64,000 nucleotides of DNA. Source: an uncultured Bacteroidota bacterium (GTDB taxonomy: Bacteria > Bacteroidota > Ignavibacteria > UBA10030 > UBA6906). Shown piece by piece: positions 1-10,135 of the stretch (positions within the stretch are counted from its first letter, which is position 1; every line of letters begins with the position of its first letter). The translations under genes were made by a program, and so were the position numbers. Under the pieces are notes generated by a model that made no database searches, was not told the DNA's origin, and worked only from the letters and a program-made list of their open reading frames with translations. The stretch is taken from assembly GCA_963700635.1 (NCBI GenBank), contig CAVOYH010000003.1, positions 1,024,001 to 1,088,000 on the forward strand, in the 5' to 3' direction.

Positions 1-1227
1 GCGCCACATGATCATACCTCCTCCGGGGTTGATGCCGGTTTTCGCCATCATAAACTCCGCATACGATTTCTGATACGATTCAGCCGTTGCCAGGAAATGC
101 TGTTTGAGTTCCAGTGATGTTCCAGCCAGACGGGAAGCGGCAAGCGAAAAACACGCCGCCGGGGAAAGACGGGCGATGGCGAACGCCAGGTTCTCCTGCA
201 CCTCCTGCTTGTTCCGCCTCTCTTCATTTAATCGCGCCCCGAATTCGCGCATCTTCTTCTCGCGTGCATCCGCGATCCTCTGCATCAACTGCTGGAACTC
301 ATTGACCATCTCCTCGGGGGATCCCTTTTGTGTCGGGGTGAAGCCGGACATCATATCCCGGTCTTCAGTCCATAATTGCGCACTGAATCGCGCCTTCTGC
401 GCCGCCACCTCATCCACTGACGGTACATCCACCGCCCGGCCGGCGATCATCACTGCCGCGCGCGGCACCACCAGCACGATTACGATCCAGAGAACCAGCA
501 AAACCAGAAAGGACGTCGACGACCGATTTGTCAGGGCGGAAATGGCAACGGACAACGACAGGAAAACGCCGAGGTAGAGGAACCCGGTAACGATGATCAA
601 CGTCAGACGGATCCATTCGGACGTTCCCATCGGAACGCCCATAAGAGGGAGGATCAATGCCCCGATCAACATGGGGACAAGCAACGGAATGATCAGCGCA
701 AGGTATGCGCCGAAAAGCTTGCCGAGAATATACAGATGCCGCGGAACCGGCGAGGCAAAGGTCAGGCGTAACGTTCCCCTCTCCTTCTCGCCGCTGACGG
801 CATCATATGAAAAGAGTATGGCAAGGAGCGAAAGGACAACCTGAAAAAGAAAGTCCAGATCGAACGTGCGGAAAACCGCGAACATCGGGTCATCCCCGAA
901 GCGGGTGTCCTGCGCGCTGAGTTCGCCGCGCCCCTGGACCGTGACTGTGTGACCGATGTCATTCGAGATGCCCGTTACAAGGGCAGACAACGGCTGCGGA
1001 GGAAGGAAGACGCGGGTTTCGCGGACGTGCAGCCAGTCCGTAATCCCCTCCAGACGCCGGATATTTTCACGCACCGCCGCTTCGTTCTGGTTGACAGCCA
1101 CCTGATACGTCCTGGCCCCCACAACGAATACCAGGAGCACAAGTATGGCACAGAGGCCGAACGTCACGGCGAATTTTGTGGAGCCGATGATGTCCCGGAG
1201 CTCTTTGGTGATCAGAAGTCTCAACAT
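1..1227 (-). CDS. ABC-2 type transporter permease (runs off the left window edge)
   Basis: Not in the ORF track (no stop in window). Manual translation from ATG at 1227: MLRLLITKELRDIIGSTKF...LAILFSYDAVSGEKERGTLRLTFASPVPRHLYILGK, the ABC-2 permease motif, plus several TM helices; frame stays open to base 1. Confidence 0.9.
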   Translation of the reverse strand, partial: MLRLLITKELRDIIGSTKFAVTFGLCAILVLLVFVVGARTYQVAVNQNEAAVRENIRRLEGITDWLHVRETRVFLPPQPLSALVTGISNDIGHTVTVQGRGELSAQDTRFGDDPMFAVFRTFDLDFLFQVVLSLLAILFSYDAVSGEKERGTLRLTFASPVPRHLYILGKLFGAYLALIIPLLVPMLIGALILPLMGVPMGTSEWIRLTLIIVTGFLYLGVFLSLSVAISALTNRSSTSFLVLLVLWIVIVLVVPRAAVMIAGRAVDVPSVDEVAAQKARFSAQLWTEDRDMMSGFTPTQKGSPEEMVNEFQQLMQRIADAREKKMREFGARLNEERRNKQEVQENLAFAIARLSPAACFSLAASRLAGTSLELKQHFLATAESYQKSYAEFMMAKTGINPGGGMIMWR

Positions 1228-1259
1228 GGAAGTCCTTCGTAATGGGATACGGCTGTCGC

Positions 1260-1988
1260 TCAGGCGGCGTGTCCGGCCATGTGCTCGAGATAAAGACGTT
1301 CAAGATTTTCCCCGCCCAGTTCGGCGGCGCTGCGCTGCATCACCAGACGGCCGCGGTCCAGAATGCCCACCGTGCTGGCGACCTCCTTCGCGCGGAAGAT
1401 GTCATGGGTGGACATGAGTATGGCCTTCCCTTCGTCGCGCAGGGACGTAAGAAGCTGGATAAACTCAAACCCGGCCTGTGGATCCAGACCGGACGTGGGT
1501 TCATCCAGCACGATAGCCGGAGCGTTTTTCATGATGGCTATGGCAAGACCGCACTTCTGCCGCATCCCTTTGGAAAACTCCCGGAGCTTTTTGTTGTGGG
1601 CTGATTCCTGAAGCCCGACCCGCAGAAGGACCTGACGGTAATCATCCCGGGTGTGGCGCTGGAGTCCGCCCAGACGCGTGAAGTAGTCCAGGTTCTGTAT
1701 CGCGGTAAACGATGGATAGAGCATGACGTTTTCGGAGACATACGCGATCCTGGCCTTTGCCTTAAGCGGTTCGCGATGAGTGCAAATCCCGTCCACTTTT
1801 GCTTCACCTTCCGTGGGTTCGAGGAAGTTGAGGAACAGGTTGATCGTGGTGGTCTTGCCCGCCCCGTTGGCCCCGAGCATGGCATAGATCTGTCCGGGGT
1901 GGACCTCGAACGAAACATGGTCCAGTGCAAGGACACCGTCCTCGTACCGTTTGGTAAGATGCACCGCTTCAAACATGGGTTGCGACAT
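1260..1988 (-). CDS. ABC transporter ATP-binding protein
   Basis: Walker A GANGAGKTT, signature FSKGMRQK, Walker B IVLDEP, H-loop STH; start trimmed to MSQPMFE. Confidence 0.95.
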   Translation of the reverse strand: MSQPMFEAVHLTKRYEDGVLALDHVSFEVHPGQIYAMLGANGAGKTTTINLFLNFLEPTEGEAKVDGICTHREPLKAKARIAYVSENVMLYPSFTAIQNLDYFTRLGGLQRHTRDDYRQVLLRVGLQESAHNKKLREFSKGMRQKCGLAIAIMKNAPAIVLDEPTSGLDPQAGFEFIQLLTSLRDEGKAILMSTHDIFRAKEVASTVGILDRGRLVMQRSAAELGGENLERLYLEHMAGHAA

Positions 1989-2027
1989 AATGTACTCCGA
2001 TGTTGTGTTCGTTACGTCCACTCCGGA

Positions 2028-3542
2028 TCAGCGGCGGGAAAGTTTTATGCCGAATATCACAATCCCTGTCACGAGTGCCACGATCAGCACAACGATAAAC
2101 CCGGTCATCAGGACGTTACTGCCGGCCTGGATTTCGATGGTGATGGTTTTGTCTTCAGCATTAAGGGGTTGATTGTCCGAGAGCCCGCTTGTGCGCAGGC
2201 GGATCTCATAGCGGCCCGGTGCAACATTAGCCGGGGGGGCAAGTGTGAGTTCAAAACGTGCTTCGGCCGACACTTCAAGTCCGGAGAGTATCGCGGGCTG
2301 GATCTCTTTTGCCCAGTTCAGAGGGAGATCCACCTTGATTTCGATATTGTCCAGGCGGCGTGTTCCCTCGTTCACGATCTCCAGCGGGAGCGTGACCCGG
2401 TCGTTTGCGCCGATACTATGGTACAGCTGCGCGATACGCACCAGCAGGCGTCCCTTTCCGCGGGGAACTAATTCCAGGCGGGCATACCCGACCTGCAACT
2501 GTTCGATTTCCTGCTGGGTCCAGATGCGGTCCCGTTCGTTCTCTTTTTCAAATCGTGACGCCTGTTGCCGGGGCACAACCAGCACGTAGAACGGAATGGC
2601 CCGGTCCATGCCCACCTCGTCAGTAGGCCGGTCGGGGAGAGATACGTCGAGCGCCACACGGCGGGTGTTTGTGGATTCGGTGAACCGGAACTGGCTCAAA
2701 CGGGAGCCGGTGAGCGGGTCCTTGAATATGGCCGTAAGCTGTTTGGGCAGATTCACAGCGGCAAGCGTGAAGGTGTTCTGATCCTTGCTGAAGAGCTCCA
2801 GCCGCAGCTCAAATGTCGCGGATTTTCCCAGCTCACTTTCCAGTGAAAACTGGTCTGCCTGCACCATCACCCGGTTGATGGAGACATCCTTCTGCAAAAA
2901 GATCTTCATGCTCCGCTGACTGCCATTCCCGAAGATCATGTTCACAGTAACCGCGTCCAGATCCTGAAGGAGCGTGAAGGTCAGTTCATGTGGCTGACCG
3001 TATCGCAACTGATCGATCTTGGCTTCGTAGGGCAGACTGATGATGGCGTTTTCGTTATTCAGGATGGAGATGTACACGTTGCTGATCAGATCGGGCTGCA
3101 GCGACTGAAAGAGCCGGTCGTCCAGGTTCAGCAGCTTCCGGAACTCCGCACTTCCGCCGGAGGCGTTTTCCACACGCAGACGGATACGCTTGTTCCCGTC
3201 AGCCCCCTGGTACTTCACAGCCCGTGTGATGGAGATATATTGCTGCTCGAACAGGACGGCCAGGAGGGACTGCTGGTAGTTCACTTCGGCGTCCGCAAAA
3301 AAACCTCTTGCCCGGTCCAGCTCCGCCTGTGATATCAACCCGCGCGTATGAAGTTCCGCCTGGCGCTCAAACTCCTTTTTGGCCACATCAAACGCCTCCT
3401 TTGCTCTTTTCAGGCCGAGCACACGGTACTTGTCGTCACGCTGGTTGTAGTACGTGCCTGATTGGGCCAGGAGAACATGTGATTGCGTCACGACAAAAGC
3501 CAGAAGGATCAGGGCAACAGCGATGGAAGTGCGGGTGGGCAT
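2028..3542 (-). CDS. Exported membrane-anchored protein: N-terminal alpha-hairpin, Ig-like/NEW3-type domain, C-terminal TM helix (ABC accessory protein)
   Basis: Signal peptide; LKRAKEAFDVAKKEFERQAELHTRGLISQAELDRA hairpin; NEGTRRLDNIEIKVDLPLNW...PPANVAPGRYEI NEW3-like motif; C-terminal TM followed by KLSRR. Confidence 0.75.
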   Translation of the reverse strand: MPTRTSIAVALILLAFVVTQSHVLLAQSGTYYNQRDDKYRVLGLKRAKEAFDVAKKEFERQAELHTRGLISQAELDRARGFFADAEVNYQQSLLAVLFEQQYISITRAVKYQGADGNKRIRLRVENASGGSAEFRKLLNLDDRLFQSLQPDLISNVYISILNNENAIISLPYEAKIDQLRYGQPHELTFTLLQDLDAVTVNMIFGNGSQRSMKIFLQKDVSINRVMVQADQFSLESELGKSATFELRLELFSKDQNTFTLAAVNLPKQLTAIFKDPLTGSRLSQFRFTESTNTRRVALDVSLPDRPTDEVGMDRAIPFYVLVVPRQQASRFEKENERDRIWTQQEIEQLQVGYARLELVPRGKGRLLVRIAQLYHSIGANDRVTLPLEIVNEGTRRLDNIEIKVDLPLNWAKEIQPAILSGLEVSAEARFELTLAPPANVAPGRYEIRLRTSGLSDNQPLNAEDKTITIEIQAGSNVLMTGFIVVLIVALVTGIVIFGIKLSRR

Positions 3543-3544
3543 CG

Positions 3545-3982
3545 TCAGTCGCGTTTTCTGATGATCATTCGGTTCCCCTTCGGCAGGTCTTTCGGGTCGG
3601 CCTTCACAAATATCACGATGTGCAGCTCTTCTCCCCGTTTGATACCCAGCTTTATCGTATCGCCGGGGGACGCGGCCTCATAGAACTTCCTGAAAACCTC
3701 TGCAGATTTGGCGGGTTTGGCATTAACCATCAGGATACGGTCGTCGGTGCGGATATCAACCGGAGCAGAGGTCTTGGGCCGGGCTTCGGCAGGCATGGCG
3801 TGTATCACGCGGAACTCGTTTTCCTGCATTCCCACCACGGCACCGATCTCCGGCAAAAACGTTCCTTCGCCCTCGATGCGGAGCACCTTCCGGCCCGAAT
3901 CCGCCTTGCTGATAAAAACCTGGGCAGGGCCGGGGGTGGTGATGACCAGCGCAAGCACAACACATCCGAGCAGATATCGCAT
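3545..3982 (-). CDS. Secreted PDZ-domain protein
   Basis: Signal peptide; DIRTDDRILMVNAK...PGDTIKLGIKRGEE PDZ pattern; first gene of the ABC operon. Confidence 0.8.
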   Translation of the reverse strand: MRYLLGCVVLALVITTPGPAQVFISKADSGRKVLRIEGEGTFLPEIGAVVGMQENEFRVIHAMPAEARPKTSAPVDIRTDDRILMVNAKPAKSAEVFRKFYEAASPGDTIKLGIKRGEELHIVIFVKADPKDLPKGNRMIIRKRD

Positions 3983-4048
3983 GGTTCTCTCCAGAAAAAT
4001 TGATAGTCAGTGTACCGTCAACATACAAGATCTGTTCCCGCGGTCATA

Positions 4049-4084
4049 GTTAAACAATGTTACGGGGTGTTAAGAAACGTTAAC
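4049..4084. promoter_or_regulatory. Four phased GTTA(A/C) direct repeats, candidate OmpR-family binding site
   Basis: GTTAA 4049, GTTAC 4059, GTTAA 4069, GTTAA 4079 (10-bp period), upstream of the PDZ/ABC operon; the 17-mer 4068-4084 recurs at 6019-6035. Confidence 0.7.
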
Positions 4085-4226
4085 CCTCCTCCCCCATTTC
4101 CCTGAAAAACGATTCGGAAGGGGGCATTTGGCCACCGGGCCGCTGCCCGGAAAGGCGGCATCAGGAGAACACCTAAATTTTCTTGTAAAATAGCAGGAAC
4201 TTTCTTCATTAATTAGGTGTAGTTGA

Positions 4227-4628
<402 letters not shown>

Positions 4629-4679
4629 GCGTACGGACTTTCAGACTATCCCAAAATTCGCATAAGGAGGAGTTCTTGT

Positions 4680-5975
4680 ATGGATACCAAAGTCGTCCTC
4701 GATACCATGTGGGTGCTGATCACGGCAATGCTCGTCTTCTTTATGAACCTCGGTTTCGCCATGGTGGAGACGGGGTTCTCACGCATGAAGAATGCGGTGA
4801 ATATCCTCTCGAAAAACTTTATCGTCTTCGCCGTCTCTTCCATCGCGTTCTGGGTGATCGGCTGGGGTCTGATGTTCGGGAATGGCAGCGGCTTTTTCGG
4901 GGCCGAAGGAATTTTCGGTCTCTCCGGAGCTGACAACAGCCCCGCAACAGGGAACGCATACAGTGGCGCCTATGCAGCGATCTCCTGGGCCACGGTTCCG
5001 CTTATGGCGAAGTTCTTTTTCCAGCTTGTGTTTGCCGGCACGGCCGCGACGATCGTCTCGGGCGCGGTGGCGGAACGAATCAAGTATGTCTCCTTTATTC
5101 TCTTCTCCTTTGTTCTTGTAGCGATGGTGTATCCGGTTGCCGGTCACTGGATCTGGGGAGGTGGCTGGCTGGCTGCCCTGGGCTTCTGGGATTTTGCCGG
5201 TTCTACCGTGGTTCACTCCGTCGGCGGCTGGGCGGCCCTCGCCGGAGTTATCGTTCTCGGCCCCCGTATTGGCAAATTTAGAGACGGCAAAGTGCATCCT
5301 ATCCCCGGCCACAGTATGCCGCTTGCAACAATCGGTGTTTTTGTCCTCTGGCTCGGATGGTTCGGCTTTAATCCCGGGAGTACGATGGCTGCCGATCCGG
5401 AAGCGATTGCACGTATCTGTCTCACGACAAACAGTGCCGCCGCTGCAGGAGTACTCGCCTCCACCCTTGTTGCGTGGCTCCTCCTCGGAAAACCCGATCT
5501 GAGTATGACCATCAACGGCTGTCTGGCAGGCCTTGTGGCCGTGACCGCTCCCTGTGCGTACATCAGCGTCGGCAGCTCTCTGATTATCGGCACCGTTGCC
5601 GGTACCCTGGTGGTCTTCGCGGTGCTGGCATTCGACCGGCTCCGGCTGGACGATCCGGTGGGGGCCCTCTCCGTGCATCTCGTAAATGGCGTGTTCGGTA
5701 CCGTTGCGCTCGGACTTTTTGCACAGGACCGGTTTATCCCCGGCACTACAGGGAACGGGCTCTTTTTTGGCGGCGGGGCAGGCCTGTTGTGGAGCCAGCT
5801 CGCAGGTGTTGCCGCTGTCGGGGTCTTTGCCTTCAGCGTATCGTTTGGTGTCTGGCAGATTCTGAAACATACGATCGGAATCCGGGTCAGCCGGGAGGAA
5901 GAACGTGAGGGATTGGACATCGGCGAACATGGTATGGTCGCATACCCGGAGTTTGCTCCGACCCCGGACCGCTAA
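4680..5975 (+). CDS. amtB: Ammonium transporter
   Basis: DFAGSTVVHSVGG, WFGFNPGS and DDPVGALSVHLVNG motifs; multiple TM helices. Confidence 0.97.
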   Translation: MDTKVVLDTMWVLITAMLVFFMNLGFAMVETGFSRMKNAVNILSKNFIVFAVSSIAFWVIGWGLMFGNGSGFFGAEGIFGLSGADNSPATGNAYSGAYAAISWATVPLMAKFFFQLVFAGTAATIVSGAVAERIKYVSFILFSFVLVAMVYPVAGHWIWGGGWLAALGFWDFAGSTVVHSVGGWAALAGVIVLGPRIGKFRDGKVHPIPGHSMPLATIGVFVLWLGWFGFNPGSTMAADPEAIARICLTTNSAAAAGVLASTLVAWLLLGKPDLSMTINGCLAGLVAVTAPCAYISVGSSLIIGTVAGTLVVFAVLAFDRLRLDDPVGALSVHLVNGVFGTVALGLFAQDRFIPGTTGNGLFFGGGAGLLWSQLAGVAAVGVFAFSVSFGVWQILKHTIGIRVSREEEREGLDIGEHGMVAYPEFAPTPDR

Positions 5976-6018
5976 TCCGAAACAGGACGCGTCGTCTTGC
6001 GGTCTCCTGCGGAATGGC

Positions 6019-6035
6019 TGTTAAGAAACGTTAAC
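6019..6035 (+). promoter_or_regulatory. Candidate autoregulatory response-regulator box upstream of the kinase
   Basis: TGTTAAGAAACGTTAAC, identical to 4068-4084; -10-like TATCTT at 6063-6068 just before ATG 6075. Confidence 0.65.
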
Positions 6036-6074
6036 GGAGAGGAAATTCTCCCGTCAAGATCGTATCTTGGCGGA

Positions 6075-7769
6075 ATGAAACAACAACCCAGACTCACCGG
6101 CATTCTGGCTGTGATCGTGCTTGCGCTGCTTGGTCTTCTGGCCATTCAGGCGATCCTGATCAATATGGCGTATACTGCGAAGGACCAGGCCTTCCGCCAG
6201 AACGTCAGCGCGGCGTTGCAGACCGTTGCACAGCGCCTCGAAGCCCGCGAGCTCTTTACCACCGTCATGTGGGTCGGTGACCATCCGGGGCGACCGGCCC
6301 GCAGGGATTCGGATAAACAGGAAACCCGGGTGATGGTCTCCGTCAACGGCGACGTCACGGGACCAGCCACTGCCGACTCCGGGAAACTGCCCGTGCGCGT
6401 TGAAGGAAATCGCCTCCAGTATGTCGTCGGTGCCCCCCAGAAAATAAGTTTGCGGACGTTTGATATCGTCTCCGGCCGTGAATCCTCCCTTGTTGATACG
6501 TTCAGGGGTGAAGGAATCTATGAGACCGACCTGGATACGGCCCGTTTTAAGAAGGGGGAGTTTATGTTTCGTTACATGACCTCCGATGATTCGGTTGTGC
6601 TCCACTATGCCGGGAAGGCTCCGGTCGGATTCACCACATCAACAGGGAAACCCGGGAAAAGGGAAACGCTCATCTCGCAGGTGGTTGACCGCCTCAGCAC
6701 ATTTAACAGGGAACGGATAGAACAACGGATCCCGCCTGCGGTGCTGGATTCGCTGCTGCGCACACATCTGCAGGAGAACGGTATCGGGATTGCCTATGCG
6801 TACGGCATCCAGGCCGCGGGAGAAGACACGCTCCGGACGGCCGTACCATCCGGCGACTCAGCGGTACTTGCGGCAACACCATTTCGCACACGCCTCTTCC
6901 CCGCAGATATTCTTGCTCCCCGGAATGACCTTCTGATCCACTTCCCCGGCCAGCAGTGGTACCTCTGGCAGCAGGTGGGCCCGTTTATGCTGGCCACGCT
7001 GGTGTTTGTAGGACTTATCGTTTTTGGATTTTTCCGGACTGTCCGGACAATCCTCCGCCAGGAACGGCTCAGCGCGCAGGTCAGGGAATTCATCAACAAC
7101 ATGGTTCATGAATTTAAGACGCCCCTTTCCACCATCACGCTTGCAGGTGAAGCAATCGTCCGCCCGGATGTGATCGGCCAGCGTTCCCGCATCCGCAGAT
7201 ACACAGGAGTGATTCAGGAAGAAACATCGCGGATGCGTGACCAGGTCAGCAAGATCCTGCAGATGGCCGTGGTGGAGGAAGGTGACTATGAGCTCACGCT
7301 AAAACGTCTGGATGTCCATGCGCTTCTGGAGCGTGTCGGAAAAACTGTTGCGGTCCGGGTGGAAAGCCGCGGCGGGTCACTCGGCATGAATCCCGGAGCA
7401 ACCTCATTCCACGTGAACGCCGACGAGATGCATCTGACAAACATTTTCCACAACATCCTTGACAACGCATTACAATACAGTGCGACCGCCCCCGCAATCA
7501 CTGTGGATACCTCGAACGAGAACGACGTACTGGTGATCAGGGTTCAGGACAACGGGATCGGGATCCCGGCGGAGCATGTCCGTAGGGTCTTCGAGAAATA
7601 TTTCCGCGTTCCGACCCGCAACGTTCATGAAGTAAAAGGTTTCGGGCTCGGACTCGCGTATGTCAGGCTGATGGTGACGGCAATGTCCGGGTCCGTGGCA
7701 GTGGAAAGTTCTCCCGGCGCCGGCACCGCCGTGATCCTGCGATTCCCTGTTGCAGAAGCGGAACGGTGA
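6075..7769 (+). CDS. Sensor histidine kinase (RprX-like)
   Basis: Two TM helices; H-box FINNMVHEFKTPLSTI; N-box NILDNALQY; G-boxes DNGIGI and GFGLGL; start trimmed to MKQQPR. Confidence 0.93.
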   Translation: MKQQPRLTGILAVIVLALLGLLAIQAILINMAYTAKDQAFRQNVSAALQTVAQRLEARELFTTVMWVGDHPGRPARRDSDKQETRVMVSVNGDVTGPATADSGKLPVRVEGNRLQYVVGAPQKISLRTFDIVSGRESSLVDTFRGEGIYETDLDTARFKKGEFMFRYMTSDDSVVLHYAGKAPVGFTTSTGKPGKRETLISQVVDRLSTFNRERIEQRIPPAVLDSLLRTHLQENGIGIAYAYGIQAAGEDTLRTAVPSGDSAVLAATPFRTRLFPADILAPRNDLLIHFPGQQWYLWQQVGPFMLATLVFVGLIVFGFFRTVRTILRQERLSAQVREFINNMVHEFKTPLSTITLAGEAIVRPDVIGQRSRIRRYTGVIQEETSRMRDQVSKILQMAVVEEGDYELTLKRLDVHALLERVGKTVAVRVESRGGSLGMNPGATSFHVNADEMHLTNIFHNILDNALQYSATAPAITVDTSNENDVLVIRVQDNGIGIPAEHVRRVFEKYFRVPTRNVHEVKGFGLGLAYVRLMVTAMSGSVAVESSPGAGTAVILRFPVAEAER

Positions 7770-8557
7770 CTCCTATGCCCACCCGGCGAATCCTCCTTCT
7801 CGAAGACGACGGCAACCTCGGGTTTATTCTCACGGAACACCTCGAACTCCACGGATTTACGGTGGATTTGCATACGAACGGAGTGGACGGGATGGATACC
7901 TACCGCAGGGGGCGGTATGCGTTGTGCCTGGTGGATGTGATGATGCCAAAGAAGGACGGGTTCACGTTCGCCAGGGAATTGCGTGCAAAGGACGATTTTC
8001 TCCCGATTATCTTCCTCACTGCGAAGTCACTCAAGGAGGACCGCGTAGAGGGGTTGAAGATAGGAGCAGACGACTACATCACGAAGCCGTTCAGCATGGA
8101 AGAGTTGATGTTGCGGATTCAGGCGGTGCTGAAGCGGAGCCGGCCGCATGCGGACCTCAATTCTCCCCCCACGTCCTTTACGCTCGGGAAGTTCCGGTTT
8201 AACGCTGAAGCGCGGACGCTGAAGTGCGGCTCAACGGTGGAGGTGCTTACGACGCGTGAAGCTGAACTGTTGCAGCACCTCTGTGAGCAGGGGAGAGGTG
8301 TTCTGGACAGATCCTCTGCGCTCCGTCATATCTGGGGGACAGATTCGTTCTTTGCGGGGCGGAGTATGGACGTGTTTATTTCCAAACTCCGGAAACGACT
8401 CTCGGCAGACCCCTCGATCCAGATAGTCAATGTACACGGGAAAGGATTCCGCCTTGTCACAAAAGAAGAACCCGGGTCTGAACGGAGCAGGGAGCCCGGA
8501 GCAAAAATGGGGGGTCGGATTCCGCCTCCCAGAAAACCAAAGCGCAGGGATCGGTAA
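7766..8557 (+). CDS. OmpR-family response regulator (RprY-like)
   Basis: LLLEDD, DVMMPKKDGF, FLTAK, GADDYITKPF; winged helix RSMDVFISKLRK...NVHGKGF. Confidence 0.95.
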   Translation: MTPMPTRRILLLEDDGNLGFILTEHLELHGFTVDLHTNGVDGMDTYRRGRYALCLVDVMMPKKDGFTFARELRAKDDFLPIIFLTAKSLKEDRVEGLKIGADDYITKPFSMEELMLRIQAVLKRSRPHADLNSPPTSFTLGKFRFNAEARTLKCGSTVEVLTTREAELLQHLCEQGRGVLDRSSALRHIWGTDSFFAGRSMDVFISKLRKRLSADPSIQIVNVHGKGFRLVTKEEPGSERSREPGAKMGGRIPPPRKPKRRDR

Positions 8558-8592
8558 CCTGATCCCTGCGCACGTCCTCTGCTGCACTTCGC

Positions 8593-9216
8593 CTAGTACT
8601 TGACGCTGCAGCCATACGGTTTTGTGGCGGATGTTGTTACCGCCTTCCCCGCCAGGAGCGCGTCCAGCGCATCCTTCACGTAGTTCACCGTTGTTTCCTT
8701 GCCGCCCCGAGGGTCATCGTCAATGGCGCCGTTATACACCAATGTCCCCTCTTTGTCAATGATATACATGTGCGGGGTGGTCTTGGCATCGAACTGCTTG
8801 CCAACCTTGCTGTCGGTATCCATCAGGAGGGCGGTGAATCCCGCCTTCCATGAGGCGAATGTTTCTTTGAGCGACTCCGGAGACTCGTAATCGCCGTGGT
8901 TCTTGTTTGTGGAGTTGATGGTGAGCCACACGACTCCCTTTTCCACATACTGCTTCTGCGCCATGTTCATGATTCCGTCGCGGTACACCCGCTGGACGAA
9001 CGGGCAGTTGGGGTTGGTCCATTCCAGGACGATGACCTTCCCCTTAAAATCCTTCAGATGATGGGTTTGCCCTGCGATGTCGGTAAGTGAAAATACAGGG
9101 GCGGTCTTTCCGATTTCCGCCACAGAAAGAGGCGGGTTCCCTGCGGATGCTGTCAAAGCGGCCATGATGATCATAATAGTCAGTCCTCCTGCGAGTGATC
9201 TCCACTGAAAAAACAT
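8593..9216 (-). CDS. Exported thioredoxin-fold redoxin (AhpC/TSA family)
   Basis: APVFSLTD...GKVIVLEWTNPNCPFV...TTPHMYIID...YNGAIDD...PYGCSVKY. Confidence 0.9.
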   Translation of the reverse strand: MFFQWRSLAGGLTIMIIMAALTASAGNPPLSVAEIGKTAPVFSLTDIAGQTHHLKDFKGKVIVLEWTNPNCPFVQRVYRDGIMNMAQKQYVEKGVVWLTINSTNKNHGDYESPESLKETFASWKAGFTALLMDTDSKVGKQFDAKTTPHMYIIDKEGTLVYNGAIDDDPRGGKETTVNYVKDALDALLAGKAVTTSATKPYGCSVKY

Positions 9217-9268
9217 ATCCTACCCTCCGGTTGATAAATGAGTAATATGAAAATTAGACACCTTCGAA

Positions 9269-10075
9269 CTACCGATATTCCACCTTCGTGTGCAGGCGGT
9301 ATCCTTTCCCCCGGACGATGGCCAGCCCGCTGATTGATCGTACCACGATGGAATCATCATATGGAGTCATCTGAATGGTGATACCATTCTTTCCCACAAC
9401 AATCCGTTTGTGGTCGATCACGGTGTTTTCAATCGGATCCGGATAGAAGTCGTCCACGAGATCCGTCAATGGAACATGTATCATGAGAGCGCTCTCGGAA
9501 CGTGTCGCGTGGGCGACGCCGGCGGTGATCTTCAGATCAGAGAGGTTCCCCGGCGCCTGGCTGGAAAATCGTTCGGCGAGTTCTCCGGCGGAACGCCGGG
9601 TGGAAGGAACCCGGTCAGGTGCCAGCGCAAGCGATGCCTTTCCCGGTATGCAGCTTTCACTGCAGACCAGCCAATCCAGATCGACCCTGATGGTATCCTC
9701 CTGCCTCACCCTGTAGCCAGCCGGGGGCGTGAGTGTGCAGAGCACGATCAGCTCCCGGTGGTAGCCATACGCCACGATATCGGCGTGAACGATCTTTTCG
9801 GGAGTAGGAAAACGCAATGCGCCGGCCTCGAATCCGTCGGGCAGCATCCACTTTGCCGCCAGCGGCAGCCCTGCATCGCCGGGGTTGGTCCAGTAGAGGT
9901 ACCAATCCGGTGAAAGTGTGAGGTGTATGATCGCGGTAAACGGCCTTGAAAAATCATCCGCCGGGGTGCTCAGTGTGGTTGAGAGGACGGGCGCCATTGT
10001 CCGGCTCCGGGAAGCTGAGTGGTCAGTGGGGATGATTACGCTCAAAACGATCAGAATGAGGGAAACGAAGGGCAT
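9269..10075 (-). CDS. DsbD N-terminal-domain protein (disulfide interchange)
   Basis: WYLYWTNPGDAGLP and WLVCSESCIPG motifs; signal peptide. Confidence 0.85.
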   Translation of the reverse strand: MPFVSLILIVLSVIIPTDHSASRSRTMAPVLSTTLSTPADDFSRPFTAIIHLTLSPDWYLYWTNPGDAGLPLAAKWMLPDGFEAGALRFPTPEKIVHADIVAYGYHRELIVLCTLTPPAGYRVRQEDTIRVDLDWLVCSESCIPGKASLALAPDRVPSTRRSAGELAERFSSQAPGNLSDLKITAGVAHATRSESALMIHVPLTDLVDDFYPDPIENTVIDHKRIVVGKNGITIQMTPYDDSIVVRSISGLAIVRGKGYRLHTKVEYR

Positions 10076-10135
10076 TCTCGTACCTGTGTTTCCTTCTTGA
10101 ACGCTCCGGCGGGCTTGCCGGTTCCGTTGTGCCCT

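Noticed and set aside
4779-5930. 383-aa minus-strand ORF and many similar long antisense ORFs (e.g. 22240-23256, 30503-31738)
   Set aside because: They lie opposite well-supported genes and have no motifs; typical shadow ORFs of GC-rich DNA.
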